A stretch of DNA of 61,364 nucleotides, filler included, from Porpidia crustulata (Eukaryota), in the NCBI GenBank assembly GCA_964255105.1. It is 2 parts of 2 records of this genome, joined end to end, with 100 filler letters (N's around TTAATTAATTAA, not from the genome) between each part and the next. Parts side by side here need not be neighbours in the genome. Positions count along the whole stretch, not along the records: positions 1 to 30,739 come from CAXUWE010000019.1; 1 more part is not named here. One strand, 5' to 3'. The notes under the pieces were generated by a model. The model saw nothing but the letters and a program-made list of their open reading frames with translations. It made no database searches and was not told where the DNA came from. Positions 10,073-22,515 of this stretch are shown here, in pieces. Numbering within the stretch: position 1 is the stretch's first letter; each line of letters opens with the position of its first letter. The position numbers were made by a program, and so were the translations under genes.

Positions 10073-13005
10073 TCAGAAGCCCCTCATTAATTCTGCAAGC
10101 GTAATGGGTTTCCTGACCGCATTTGAAAATCCCTCATGAAAGCTCACCCATACTTTTTTGTCACTATTAATCACGAGGAGTTTTCCAGGATCACCCTCGC
10201 TCGGATCTGCGTATTGAGGTTGATCGTCATTGACAACCCTTCCGAAGAAGTCGCGCCGCAATACAGGAACCTTTGAATTTGTCGCCGCCATAAGTACAAC
10301 CCTGCTAGTATCGACAGCATTGCTGCATTCGATGTGATCATGGGTACTGCCAGCTTTGAATCTTGACTGCGCCGCCTCGGCACGTTGGCGGACGAGATAT
10401 TTCTGATACTCCTGATCCAGCGCTTGCCGAATCGCGTATCTGGCTGGAGCTGTTGCCTGCCCAACCCGGGACAAAGTCTCATAAGTTGCTAGTTCATCCA
10501 GCGCTCTGTAAAATCTTGTAAGTATTCCTCTTTCACAACCTGTCAAGGGCTGACTCACGGCTCCATCCGATATACAAACGTGCTGACGCTGCTCGGGCCA
10601 CCCTCAACCTTTCCCCGCTCAAAGCTCACACCCACACCGCCCATGATATCGACAGCCCTCTCTATCATCTTTCGCTCTCCTTCCTTTCGCACGCTAGCTA
10701 TACCCTTCTGATCTCCGCTGCCACCAACGATGACCGGTTTTACGTTGGGTGTTAGTAGCTTATTGAGATACGGCACAAGACCCAAGGCAATGTCCTCAGG
10801 TGATCGAAAAGAGCGCAGTAAATGAATGGAGAGCGTCGACTGCAGGCCTAGCAGAATTGCGTAGTTCTGCCTTTGAGCCTCGAAGGCCATATAATCTGCT
10901 CTGAGACCAGAAAATGGTATGGGTTCCTCCCCATTATCATCGTCCCAGCTTTTCTGACCGTCTCCCCACGAGCGCTTACTGGGAGACGCGAACAGATTAT
11001 GGAAGCTCACGATAGGTTGAGACAGGTATGAGGCCAGCTCCCATTCTTGCCCAGAGAAGACTTTCGATGACAAGCAGTCATGGAAATGCAACCACTCGTA
11101 GGCAGCGTTAGGCTTTGACAGGAAGGTGTCATCTTGGAAAGGCTGGGACGGATAAGCAGCGAAACAGTCTGTCATGATACGATCGGTATCACCACTAGCC
11201 TCAACGATCTCTCGAAGTCGATCCATGGCATGCCGTTTGCCCAACTCCGCAACGCCTAGTGATTTCTGGTTCACGGTGTGAGAGGACTCCTCGCTCATCA
11301 AGCTGCTGACCTTTGGAAAGCCCGCACCCTCTTGGAAAATCCTCCTGACAACCTCTTTGGAGCCTCCACGCCCTAGGGCTCGCGCAGCACCACCGCCATG
11401 TGATAGGTTGTTAAGCATGTTCTGCTCGACCCAGATTTTTGTCAAACGAGATCGTTCGGGAGACGTAGGATTTGAATCTGCTCTCAATCTCGCCGCGACC
11501 CATTCGCCGATAACTAAGATCCCTCGAATGTCGCCTTCACCAGTGCTGCTAGAACTTAGTTGACTCTCGCTTTTATTGCTGATACCCCAGGCGGCTTCGC
11601 AAAGTTTCCGCACACCATTACCATCACATGCCACTCCTTCTTTGTCGAAGACCATCTTCAAACGAGCCACGACCTTGTCCAACGGTGGCCGACGAATGTG
11701 AACTATCTCTGCCATGAAAGATGAGCGCAATGACCTCAGTGTCGGATGATAGACATCGTTACAGATCAGAATAATTGGCCGTAGGAGTCTAAATCGGTCC
11801 CCTCTCCTGGACCTCGTCGTGCGGGAAGCGTTGCCAAATAGTGGTCCAAATATATTCGAGTTCTTCTGGTCGAGTATGACTAAGTCGATCAGGGCCTTCA
11901 TGAAGCCCCCTTCACCGCCAACGCCACTGCCGCCAACAACACCGTCAACCTCGTCCACGACCACGCACAGTGGTCTACCAGCTTTCCGCGCGGTACCGCT
12001 ACCATCTTTAGCATTGATACCCTTCACATTCTCTGTACCAACAATGTCTCGTATCCTTCCCTTGACAATGTCCCTACTCCTTTCATCGCTTGCGTTGATC
12101 TCCACCACTTCATAGCCCGCCTGCCGTGCACAGACATGGGCTAGAGTAGTCTTACCTAGGCCTGGAGATCCTGCGAGCAAAAGAATTTTCCGTTGGGGAC
12201 GATCTACTAAGGATTCATTCTGAAAGCTGGTTTTCGACTTTGGCCTCCTTGCGCCTGGGAACACTATTGGATCCCAACCCTTCATCCATCGTAGAACGTC
12301 ACGGTGTGTGCGTTCGTCCCCCACAAGATCCGCAAATTTCCTAGCCCGGTATTTCTCGGTCCACATCATTGTTCTGCCCTTTCCAGTGGCCTTATCAACA
12401 GTCGGATGTTCGAAAGAACTTCGAAGACCCTCAGAGCTATCTATATTGCTATTTGAGCTATTACTGTTCACTTTGCTAGCGTGATCCATCAGATCGTGAA
12501 TGTCGACACCGTAGAAGCTTTTCGTCGCTTTCCCTGGTGCAGTGGTTGACCGACTAGCTATTTGTTGTTCATACGGAATTTGAGGCTGATGGCGCTTCCT
12601 TTTGACAGCAAATGCGGTCCCCGAAGACGTGCGAGCCTGCAATGATCTAGTGGAATGTCTTCCGTAAGAGTCACAGCCCAGTTGTTGAGCAGGTAGGTCA
12701 GGACTTGAGGGCCTCGAAGCTCTCCCGACGGCAGTCCGAAACATTTCAAGTAGGCTAGCGTCACTTGGAGTGTCATCATGCTCGTCGTCCTTCACGAACG
12801 CCCCTCCATTGGTGGAGGATGGCCTTGGCTGAGCCTCCTCCTCGAGTGCCTTCTTGGTAGATATCGAAAACCCATTCTCAAAATCTAACAATCTTCTCTT
12901 GGATGGCTGAGCTCGCTTATCGGGTCGAATTCTCTTTCGACATTCGATAACAATCGGGGGGGAAGAACTTGGTGGATAAGACACAGGTGAGGAAATGAGC
13001 GGCAT
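10073..13005 (-). CDS. CTF18: Chromosome transmission fidelity protein 18 (alternative RFC clamp-loader AAA+ subunit); intron 10506-10558
   Basis: MWTEKY, Walker A GSPGLGKT, EINASDERS, DEVDG, RPIILICND and C-terminal WVSFHEGFSNAVRKP. Confidence 0.95.
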
Positions 13006-13469
13006 TTTGAAATCGAGGGAACAAGTCAACAGCGTAGGCCTTTGATCTTCGGAATCGTATCAGCTTCACGCAATCGCTAGGAAGATGGAGAGACTTGGCT
13101 CAGGTAACGCATACTGACCTAGATAGTAGTACTCATCGCTGCGAAAAGTGTCTGAGAGTCTCCATGCTTGATATTGTACAATAATTTTACCCTTGTTCTC
13201 TTGTCGCACGGCCTCTTTAGCTTGTATATTCAGCGCTTCATGTCGTTAGAATACTCATGCTTGGTAGGTACAGCTTCTTCAATTCATCAACCTCCTGGGT
13301 GCAAGTGTACAGCAAGATAAAACGGCGAGGACAATGCTGGTGGTGACGTGGTGAATATAGGAATAAACGTTTCCCTATTAGAGCCCGTGAGCCCTTCACC
13401 AAGCACAAACATAGGGACGCGACTCTGGAAGGGCGCGCACAGTCGCGTCATAAGCCGCGGTGCCTAGAG

Positions 13470-13599
13470 TACTCGTTTTCACCCCTCAACGGAACACACC
13501 CCTCAAAGGAACAACAAGGCTTAAGCTAGTGGAATAACCCTAACCCTATGCCTACTGTTCCTTTGAGGGGTATGTTCCGTTGAGGGGTGAAAACGAGTA
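13470..13599. mobile_element. MITE-like foldback element A (TA-flanked, Tc1/mariner-pogo-like ends)
   Basis: 45-bp inverted arms at 13469-13513 and 13556-13600 with one mismatch. Each arm holds two 17-bp direct subrepeats CACCCCTCAA(C/A)GGAACA. TA at both ends. Confidence 0.8.
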
Positions 13600-13601
13600 C
13601 G

Positions 13602-13851
13602 TACTCACGCGGATAACAGAAAAAGCCGGACGCACAAATTGATCCCCCACCAACATCTTCGATTATATCATTGAATTTTTGTATATAACAACATGAGACT
13701 GAGCCTTAAGTAATATAATACATCGAATACTGCTGAAGGCGAGTGCAGTAGAATTTCGTGAGCGTATGACTTTCAAAATTCAGTAGTAAACTTGATCATG
13801 TGGGCGAGGAATCAATTTGTGCGTCCGGCTTTTTCTGTGACCCGCGTGGTA
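13602..13851. mobile_element. MITE-like element B with about 38-50-bp terminal inverted repeats and an AT-rich core
   Basis: 13606-13643 matches the reverse complement of 13811-13848 at 36/38 positions, with a degenerate extension inward. GTAC flanks both sides. Confidence 0.75.
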
Positions 13852-14145
13852 CTCTACTTAGAGTAAGGTACTCACGTACTCTAGCAACCCCTGCATCTAT
13901 GACGTGCCGAGGCGCTTGAATGCTAGCCGGTCTGCACCAAGTAGGTAGGTATCTCAAGAACTGCTGGATTGCATTCCCAGTCGATTACTGTTACTCGACC
14001 TTCGTTTTCATTATTTGTGTGAGGATGCGATCAGCTTCGCATAATCTCACCGTTGATACCCTTCCGTTTGATGGGCCACTATTCATCCGAATCTTTACAT
14101 ATTCACTATTGCGACTTTGCCTACCATAACAAGGGACCATTTCGC

Positions 14146-14896
14146 ATGGCCGCCGTAAATATTGGTGACGCGACAGCCAAGACGTTCGCAGAGTAAGAAT
14201 CACAGATAAAATCCGTCCCCTTGTTCAGGTACTCATGGACTGTTACCCAGGCTTCTCTCCGGATCACTCATGGACATCTACGTCGGCAAGTCCAAGCGCC
14301 ATTGGGCTTTGCATTCCAATCTCTTGTGCCATCATTCCAGCTTTTTCGAAGACCATTTCCATGAAGCGAACAGGATCAAGGGGGCAGGCAAGCTTGAGCT
14401 CCTGGACGACGACCCCAGAGCATTTGAATTACTTGTCAAATGGCTGTATCAGGGCAAGATAGATGACGTTAGTGAAATGCCGATGGAGAAGAAATGGGAG
14501 TATGCAGATGCTTGCCAGAAGCTTTATATTCTTTGTGACAAGATCAGGCTGCCCCAGCTGAAGAATTGCGCAATGGACCAATTCAGGAAAGGGTGCTTCG
14601 AAGCCGGATTAGTTCCTGGTCCAGAAGAGATTCAACCCGTGTACGCTAATACCTTACCTTCTTCGCCCTTTCGTAAACTTGTGAGCAAGATTGCAGCGCG
14701 GCAGATTATGGACCCGGAGAGTGAAAACAATGCCAATACATATCGAATGTGTTTTGAAGCAAACGCAGATTTTGCTGTGGACGTCGTCAACGCTATAAGG
14801 GAAGGTGCTGGAACGAAGCTGTTCCAAGATCCCACCGAGGGCAGCGGGTGTACTTATCACGACCACGAGGATGGCCAATTGTGCGATGCTCGGTGA
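14146..14896 (+). CDS. Fungal BTB/POZ domain protein; intron 14193-14250
   Basis: IYVGK..WALHSNLLCHHSSFF..LELLDDDPRAFELLVKWLY..LYILCDK BTB pattern. The upstream exon MAAVNIGDATAKTFA splices in frame. Confidence 0.85.
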
Positions 14897-16131
14897 CCCC
14901 TACCGGTATGGTAATTCTGGCCGGAAAAATTCTCTAACCAATATGAAGACGACCTATCGTATGGAATGTTCCACCATCGCGAAACAGTCGCCGAAGTCCG
15001 TATCGAATCAAGTTCTACTTCAAGGACAAATATGCAAGTGGAAACTTGTGAGGCAATTTGGCCTCCACGACTCCACAAATGACGGAACTCAATACTAAGG
15101 GCAAGTCGGCGCGAAGATCCAGGTACTAAGACCGAGAGGAAATCACCACAAGCTTTGATTAGAAAAGCCTTGAACAGGATCTCAATGGGAGAAAGTTAAG
15201 TAACCACAACAGCCCCGTGCGGGAAGATACAGTGCCGTCTCAATGGAATACTCGATGCTTCCAAAAATTTGGCAGAAGTCAAGGAATGCTAGGTGTGGAC
15301 ACAGACCCATTGTGCCCTAGTGTAGACTTGCCGCGAAGGCTGATGATGGCCCGATGGATTTCTGGTATAAGCAAATCATTTGTCGACACGACTGGCTAGC
15401 GAGGAGAGACTTCAAGGCGGACTGTGAGGACACACAATAGGCCATAACAGGTTCTCGGCATAAGACTGTATTTCCATGTCACTCAGAGTCCTTAAGAATG
15501 CTGTCTGTTGAATTCAACGGAGGTCTGCTATGAGATGAGAGCCAGGCATAACTGCGTAGTTTATGGAAGGCTGTGTTGTAGGATGAAATAGTGTGGAACT
15601 AAGTAAATATTGATTATGATCAGATCTTAGTGTATCTAAATCAGATCTCAGAGAAGCAAATGACTTGGATTTTAGATCACTTGCATTGCATTAAATAGAT
15701 ACTAGTATCGCACCGAGCGTGAAGAGATAAGACGTTACTTTACATTATCCCAACTTCCGTGGGTGCGTGGTAATGCATTGGAAACCCGCTAAACGCCTTC
15801 GGTGATTGGGTGATTGGGTGGCACTGGTGGCCCTGTTACGGCGTTCTGGACAAAAGGTATTTGCAAAAGCAATTCCTGATAACAACGACAGTCCACCCGC
15901 CCACACCAGGGCCTACATTCTCGTCTTGCAATATCTCCAGCGTCCCGCAGGCATTCCAGGGTGCTCGAAGTCTTCTTCGAGGTTCATCATGAAAGTTTCG
16001 AAACGCTCATATTCATCTGAAGCCCACTGCTTGGCGAGACACACTGGACCAGCTGCCCCTTGCTACCACGCCCTAGGGCAAGAGAGGGGATGACAAGGTC
16101 ATATGCTACATGGATTTCATGAACTTCAACA

Positions 16132-18575
16132 ATGGGCAAGACACATTCACCACCCAGCAGTGCTGGCACTGCAGACACCACAACCGTAGCAAAGCCGCTT
16201 TCGAATCTAGACAAGATAGAAAATCTTGCTGTGCCGGCATCCGCACAAGTCAAACAACTTTGGAAATTTCGTATGAGGCCCGAGCTTGATGATCTTAGGA
16301 AAGATTGGTGGTTTGCCTCTACGGCGATACCGCTCCTGGCGGCGACAACAGGCCCGCTCGCCAATGTCATGTCAATTGCTGCTTTGATTACTTCGTGGAG
16401 AAACAACTATGATCCAGCGTATCCTATGCAAGACTCGTACTCCGTTGGATTCCCAGATCCTCACTGGTGCATCGCTCTTAACGCGGCTTCTCTGGTCTGT
16501 GGCTTCGTTGGCAATATATTCTTACTTTTCAATTTTACGAGGCGAATCCGGTATATTGTTGCACTGCCTATGACGATTATACTCTGGTATCTTGCCACAG
16601 GTATCGTAAGTAGCTATCTCATGAAACCCATGAATATATTCTCATCTATGTTCGGCGTTTGCACTTGTTCTACTCATATTCTGAATGCTGCCGGCGATGC
16701 ACCTTGAAGCCATGCGATCACAAGGTAGTGTGTTTGTCGGAACCAAAATAGTGCTCCACAGCACTAAGACTTTCCCCTTCTACCTTCCGAGTAATCTATC
16801 TCCCACGATCTAGATGGAGTAGTTCTTAGCGATAATGTTATCACGACTCAAGATTATGATCGATACTGTTCTTAATGCAATATACTCCATGAAGATCTGC
16901 TAATTGAGTGCTCTGTTAGCTTGTTGCTATAATTATCTCTGTCAATGAGTATGTTCCTCCTGTACGGCCTCACCAAACCTATTCGCAGGGCTTCTGGCAT
17001 GCAATCATAGCTGCATCACTCTACCTCGTGTCGTCTATGCTACTCATGGTCAATATGCTTGGATATTTTCTTGGTCATTACCCTCAGCACTTTGAGCTTT
17101 CTGAGGAGCAACGAAACTTGATTTTGCAAACCATGATGTTCTTCATATGGCTCGCAGGTGGCGGAGGAATCTTTGCAAGGGTATCAGGATGGACTTTCGT
17201 CGACGCACTATACTTCTGTGACGTTACGATACTTACCGTTGGTTTCGGTGACTTTCACCCAACCAATGATATTGGACGAGGATTAGTATTCCCATATTCG
17301 GTAGGCGGTATCGTAATTCTTGGATTGATGGTCAGCAGCATTCGCCAATTTGCAAAGGAATTGAGTAGGGATAACGTTGTGAGATCGCATGTTGAACGGC
17401 GAAGGGTTCGGACGATGGAGCGATCCGTGTCAACTTCTTTCGAACTTGAAGAACGGCAGGCACTCCGAAACAAGGCCACTAAGCCGGGAAATCGACCAAC
17501 AATATCGGAACCTTACGACCTTACGGCTCGTTCCATTACATTCGAGCCGGAAATAAAGGAACGCTCGGGTTCGCAAAGTCAACTCACGCAAGGATCCAGA
17601 AGCAACAAATTTTCATCTGGTATGAAACGCATCCGACGAGTTGGATCTTCGAAACCCAAAATACTATTAATGAGAGAGGAAAAAGATCGCTTTGACGCTA
17701 TGAGAGATATTCAGAGAAGCACAACGGCTTTCAAACGTTACTATGCACTAGCTATGTCTGTTGTTGCTTTTGGCTTACTTTGGTGTGTGGGAGCTGTCGG
17801 GTTTTGGCAGGCCGAACAAAAGACTCAAGGGCTCAGCTACTTCCAAGCCCTCTATTTCTGCTACGTTTCGCTTCTCACGATTGGCTACGGAGACCTTAGT
17901 CCTACCAGTAACGCCGGCAAACCCTTCTTCATTGTCTGGTCGCTCCTTGCGGTACCGACCATGACAATCCTCATCTCAGACATGGGCGACACTGTCATCG
18001 CGAGCTTCAAGCGTGGCACATTTACTATTGCTGACTGGACCGTTTTGCCCAAAGCTGGCCTCTGGCGCGCCTTCCTAGAAAATCACCCCTGGCTTCTACA
18101 TAGATTACAGATCAAAGCTTCGAAAGCCGCCGCAACAAAACGCCTTGCTGAGGGTTTCCGTACTGGTCCGGGGGATGAAGATATTGTTAATCCTACTCCC
18201 CCTACGCTAGAAGAGATCGCTGATCTCAATTCCCTGGATGAGCACGCCATAGCCCGCAAATTGGCTCTTGCTATACGTGAGGTCGCCAACGATCTTCGCA
18301 CGTCTCCGCCCCGCAGCTACACTTACGAGCAGTGGGCGGAGTTTACGCATCTGATTCGTTTCAGCCGGATGCCCCCTAATGAGTTGGAACGGGAGGAGGA
18401 GGAGCTTGGGCTTATAGAATGGGATTGGATTGGAGAGGATAGTCCAATGTTGGCCCGCGGGAGTGAAAGCGAATGGGTACTTGATCGATTGTGTGAGAGT
18501 CTAGATCGTTTCATGAAGAAGCAGATTCCAGAGCATGTGAAGCGGAGGCGAAGGAGCGGAGTTGCGAGAAATTAA
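16132..18575 (+). CDS. TOK1: Tandem-pore outward-rectifier K+ channel (TOK family); intron 16606-16919
   Basis: Two pore loops (TVGFGD, TIGYGD) preceded by four TM segments (WWFASTAIPLLAAT..GPLAN). The splice joins ATGI to LVAII..YSQGFW. Confidence 0.9.
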
Positions 18576-20872
18576 TACAAATGGGACGCCGTTGATGGAT
18601 ATATTGAGTGGCGTTCTGTTTGCAACCCTCGACTTGGAACTTTTAGGGATCGGCTCCGCTTATTCCTCGGATTTCTCCACGTACCCACCCAGGCCTCATG
18701 AGTACATAGCGCCATGCACTTTATATATTGCAGTAGACCACCGGCGTCAACAAGAACCGTCTTGGGGCCACGATTCATATCTGGTCATGGAGCTCAGGCT
18801 CTCGTTTTGGCCTCTTTCGACACGTGTCTTGTTTGTCGCACGATAAGCTTAAGTCTTCCCTTTTAAGATAGAAAATACATATAGTGGTCTTCATATGCAC
18901 ATAGTCACCAATTAAACTCTACACATCTCAAACGGCTTCTTATGAATGTGGAGCATCCGCTAGCCACACATTGCAGCCAAGACGATTGGGCTATTGTATG
19001 GAGACTGATGAAGATGAAGAATCATGAAAGTGATACCGTCGAGAACAGCGAGGGGCTGAGATGCTAGATTTAGACGCCGGAAAGCCTCATGTCCTATGAT
19101 AAAGGGTAGGTTTGTATAGAATTGGATGAAGAATTTTCCTCGATATATATCATGAGTAGTGGGACTATTTAATTCGAGGAGAATAGATTAGAGAACATGC
19201 ATCCAAATTCGTCCGGTCCATTGTCATCGGGCTATATACTCAGGCTGGTTTTCAATCTCCGGACACAAAAGACTGATTTTAGGCGGGAATTCTCGCTTCA
19301 CCAGCCTGAGTACGGTGATTTATTTGCAAATGCCAGGAGGGTGAGTGTATCTAGTCTGGACCGGTCCCACACCAAGTCCCTTAATCAGGCCCGGCGATGA
19401 TTGTTGTGGAGCTTGGCCAAGGCGCGATCGGCGTAGACTTATGTATTTTCAATGATGTGCCGTGGTGGCGATGTACTTTGCTTTGATCTGCATCGAAGCA
19501 CGAGGAACCCTTTACTGTCTGTCTAAAAGGGAGACGGTTAAGCAAAGGCCGAAAACCCCGGGTAGCAACCATATTACTGCTCCTCATTTTCTCGATATGT
19601 TTCTTTTCGCGATCTTCCTCTCTCCACCAAGGACCAAAATTGAGTACAAATAGCATGAGATATTTCGTGGTCAATCATGAAACAGACAGGATGGACAGTG
19701 TCAAATTAATTGGCAGTAAAACTAAGAAAGCGAGTTGATCCTCAGAGTAATTTTAAGATGAAGTGGAACATGTTAAGTCTAGTGTAAGAGACATTGGAGA
19801 GTGAGGTGGAGAAACAGAATGAGAGAAAGCTCTGTCGACGATTGTGTCGTCTGGTTGATGATCGTGCCGCCATGTTGTGCCTGTAACCAACCAGTAATGG
19901 CGCAGAGCATAGCTCCGCGCATGTGTACAAATCAACGCTGGGACTACTGTTGTACTCGACTGAGATTTTACTTTTGGCTGAAGTGGCTACTCAATAGATG
20001 CCTTTCCCTAAGCAGGAATACTCTAGCTGTTGCCTGCAAAATGGATATGAAGGTTGGAGTTTATCGGAGCAGCAAAATTTGGGTGGCGGCAATCTGATCC
20101 CCGATTTGAACCCGAGGGGGAGTAAGGAGAAGCGTGATAGAGTCCAGCGACAAGGGTTCGCAGCACTGATTGGTCGCGTGGCCAGAAAAGAGTAGCAAGG
20201 GCATCCGACACGGTACCGTCTGTATAGAGGCATTGATCTCAACGGAGAATCGTTCACGAGGAAAAAGGCTTGCGAATGCTATAAGAGGCCACCGACATAT
20301 TATTGTTATCGATTCTTAGACCCGGAGAGCAAGATATCATACAGGCACCGGCTTATAAATGTCTGTCAATTGAGGTGTCTACTAATTCTGTCGTGAACTG
20401 TGGACATAATACAAAGTCAAGGGCAAACTGTTCTCCAGCATCGTTGACGGCCTGCTAAGCAAGACAAGGCATTGTGAGTTGACAAACCTATCTACTCAAA
20501 CGTCGTTCAGATTTTCCGGAAATCCGGTTAGTGGCTATGGTTGTGGGAGACCCAGGAAGAAGATCTCCTCAAACCCGTGGCGTTTCATGATAAGGAGAGA
20601 CTCAAACTATGCGTGCAAGATGTCATGCTGCAATTGGGGATCAAGAGCGATTTGAGTAGCCTGTTGGCTCTTGATCCAGGATAGTGTATCAAATAGAGAC
20701 GAGATAGAAGACAGTTCGAATGCCAGATTACCGCGCAATTTAGATTTTTATGACCGGTACGGTGGCTCAAGTCGCTATCCGGCTAGCCCAAAACGAGATT
20801 GAGACAAGCTCTTTGAAGCAATATGTGAATCTTTGTCTTAAGATATGTACACGAAATAGAGAGTATGCTCTA

Positions 20873-22026
20873 CTAAGATTGTAATTTAGTCGTCATTTCT
20901 GGGACCTTATCGAATAGATCACCAACAAGCCCGACATCGGCAACTTGGAAAATTGGAGCATCAGCGTCCTTGTTAATTGCAGCTATGACTTTGCTGTCTT
21001 TCATACCCGCAAGGTGTTGGATTGCCCCTGAGATGCCGGCGCAGAGGTAGAGCTGAGGGGCAACGTTCTTTCCAGTCTGCCCAACTTGCAAGCTATTATC
21101 GGCAAACCCACTATCCACGGCAGCTCTTGAGGCCCCAATTGCTGCCCCCAGAGCGTCGGCTAGTGGTGGAATGAGTTGGTCGAATTGTTCTTTTGATTTA
21201 AGTCCTCGTCCACCAGAGACTACTTTGCGCGCCGTAGCAAGATCGGGTCGATCTGACTTCGCCAGATCCTCCGAGACCCACTCAGTAGTAGACTCTACTT
21301 TGGGGTCAATTCCATCAACGATTTCAGCTGAACCACCCTCCGCTTCCGCTGCAGCAAAAGCTGTACCGCGGATTGTGATAATTTTGATAGGATCTGTTGA
21401 TTGTACTGTGAGGATTGCATTACCAGCATATATTGGCCGTACAAATGCTGGATAGGTTAATTGAAGCCCATGTACGAGGATAGTTGCGCAGAAGACATAC
21501 TATCCTCGCTTTCGATAGCTGTAATATCAGAAATCTGTTGAACATCTAGAAGTGCTGCTACTCTAGGCATTAGATTCTTGCCAAAGGCCGAATGTCCTGC
21601 AAAGACATGAGTGAAGTTTTCTTTCTTAATGTTCTCGACAAGTAAAGGGCCATAGTTCTCGGGTAGGCCCTGCGGCTGATTGTTAAAACGTCGTGAAATC
21701 TGGAAGAAGCAGCCTCAAACCTTGTCATATGCGCCATTCTCAATCAGTAATATCTTGTCCAGACCCTTCACTTTTGCGGCTTCGTCCGCCACAGACTTCA
21801 CACCACTACCAGCGATCAGACCAGTAACAGAACCTCCAAGCTTGCGAGCGGCGGTGACAGCACTGAGGGAGGCAAGCTGCAACTTTCCCTCCCATTGTTC
21901 GAGTACCGCCAGGGAGCTCAAATAGCGAACAATGATTGATTGTGTTGGCGAAGATGGTAATCCGGGAGGATGAGGGTAATTATGTGCCCGCCGCAAGACC
22001 GTTCCTCGAATACTATAAAGCATCAT
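20873..22026 (-). CDS. ETFA: Electron transfer flavoprotein alpha subunit, mitochondrial; introns 21670-21720 and 21448-21500
   Basis: [32 protein letters not shown] and [12 protein letters not shown] motifs. Confidence 0.95.
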
Positions 22027-22515
22027 ACCTACTGGTCCTGGGTCTGATATTAGACGACAATCGAGCGGTATGGTTTTCTGTATGATTCAAATCTCGTCAC
22101 TGTCTTCAAATAATGGACCAGACCATCGCCTGGTGGGGAAGTGTATGGGTACGTGGGGCATCTATCCCCTACGAACGTCTACGCACACCATTCTGATACG
22201 GAGGAGGCAGATCTCGTCTCCCGTAGCTTCCATTCACGTCCGGCGTGGAAGCGCAGTGACTAAGCATATTTCCTTCGCTCTCGTCAAGATTTCGCGTGTC
22301 AACACACTGATACCGTCTTTCCAATCATAGATACCAATGAAAGTCGCGAGAATTTGCGCATTATTATGTGACTGGATTGCAGACATTGTACCAATACCTC
22401 ATCGCTAAGCATAGCGCCATTACGCATTCGCCTTGACAGCAAGCGAAAAGCAAGGCAGAGCTCCATCTTCTGAAGCTCAGATTGCTGTCTTTGCGTTCAT
22501 ACCAATCTTCCTGAA

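Noticed and set aside
18900..20800. Several short ORFs between TOK1 and ETF-alpha
   Set aside because: All are under 100 aa, overlap on both strands and show no motif or convincing splice model.
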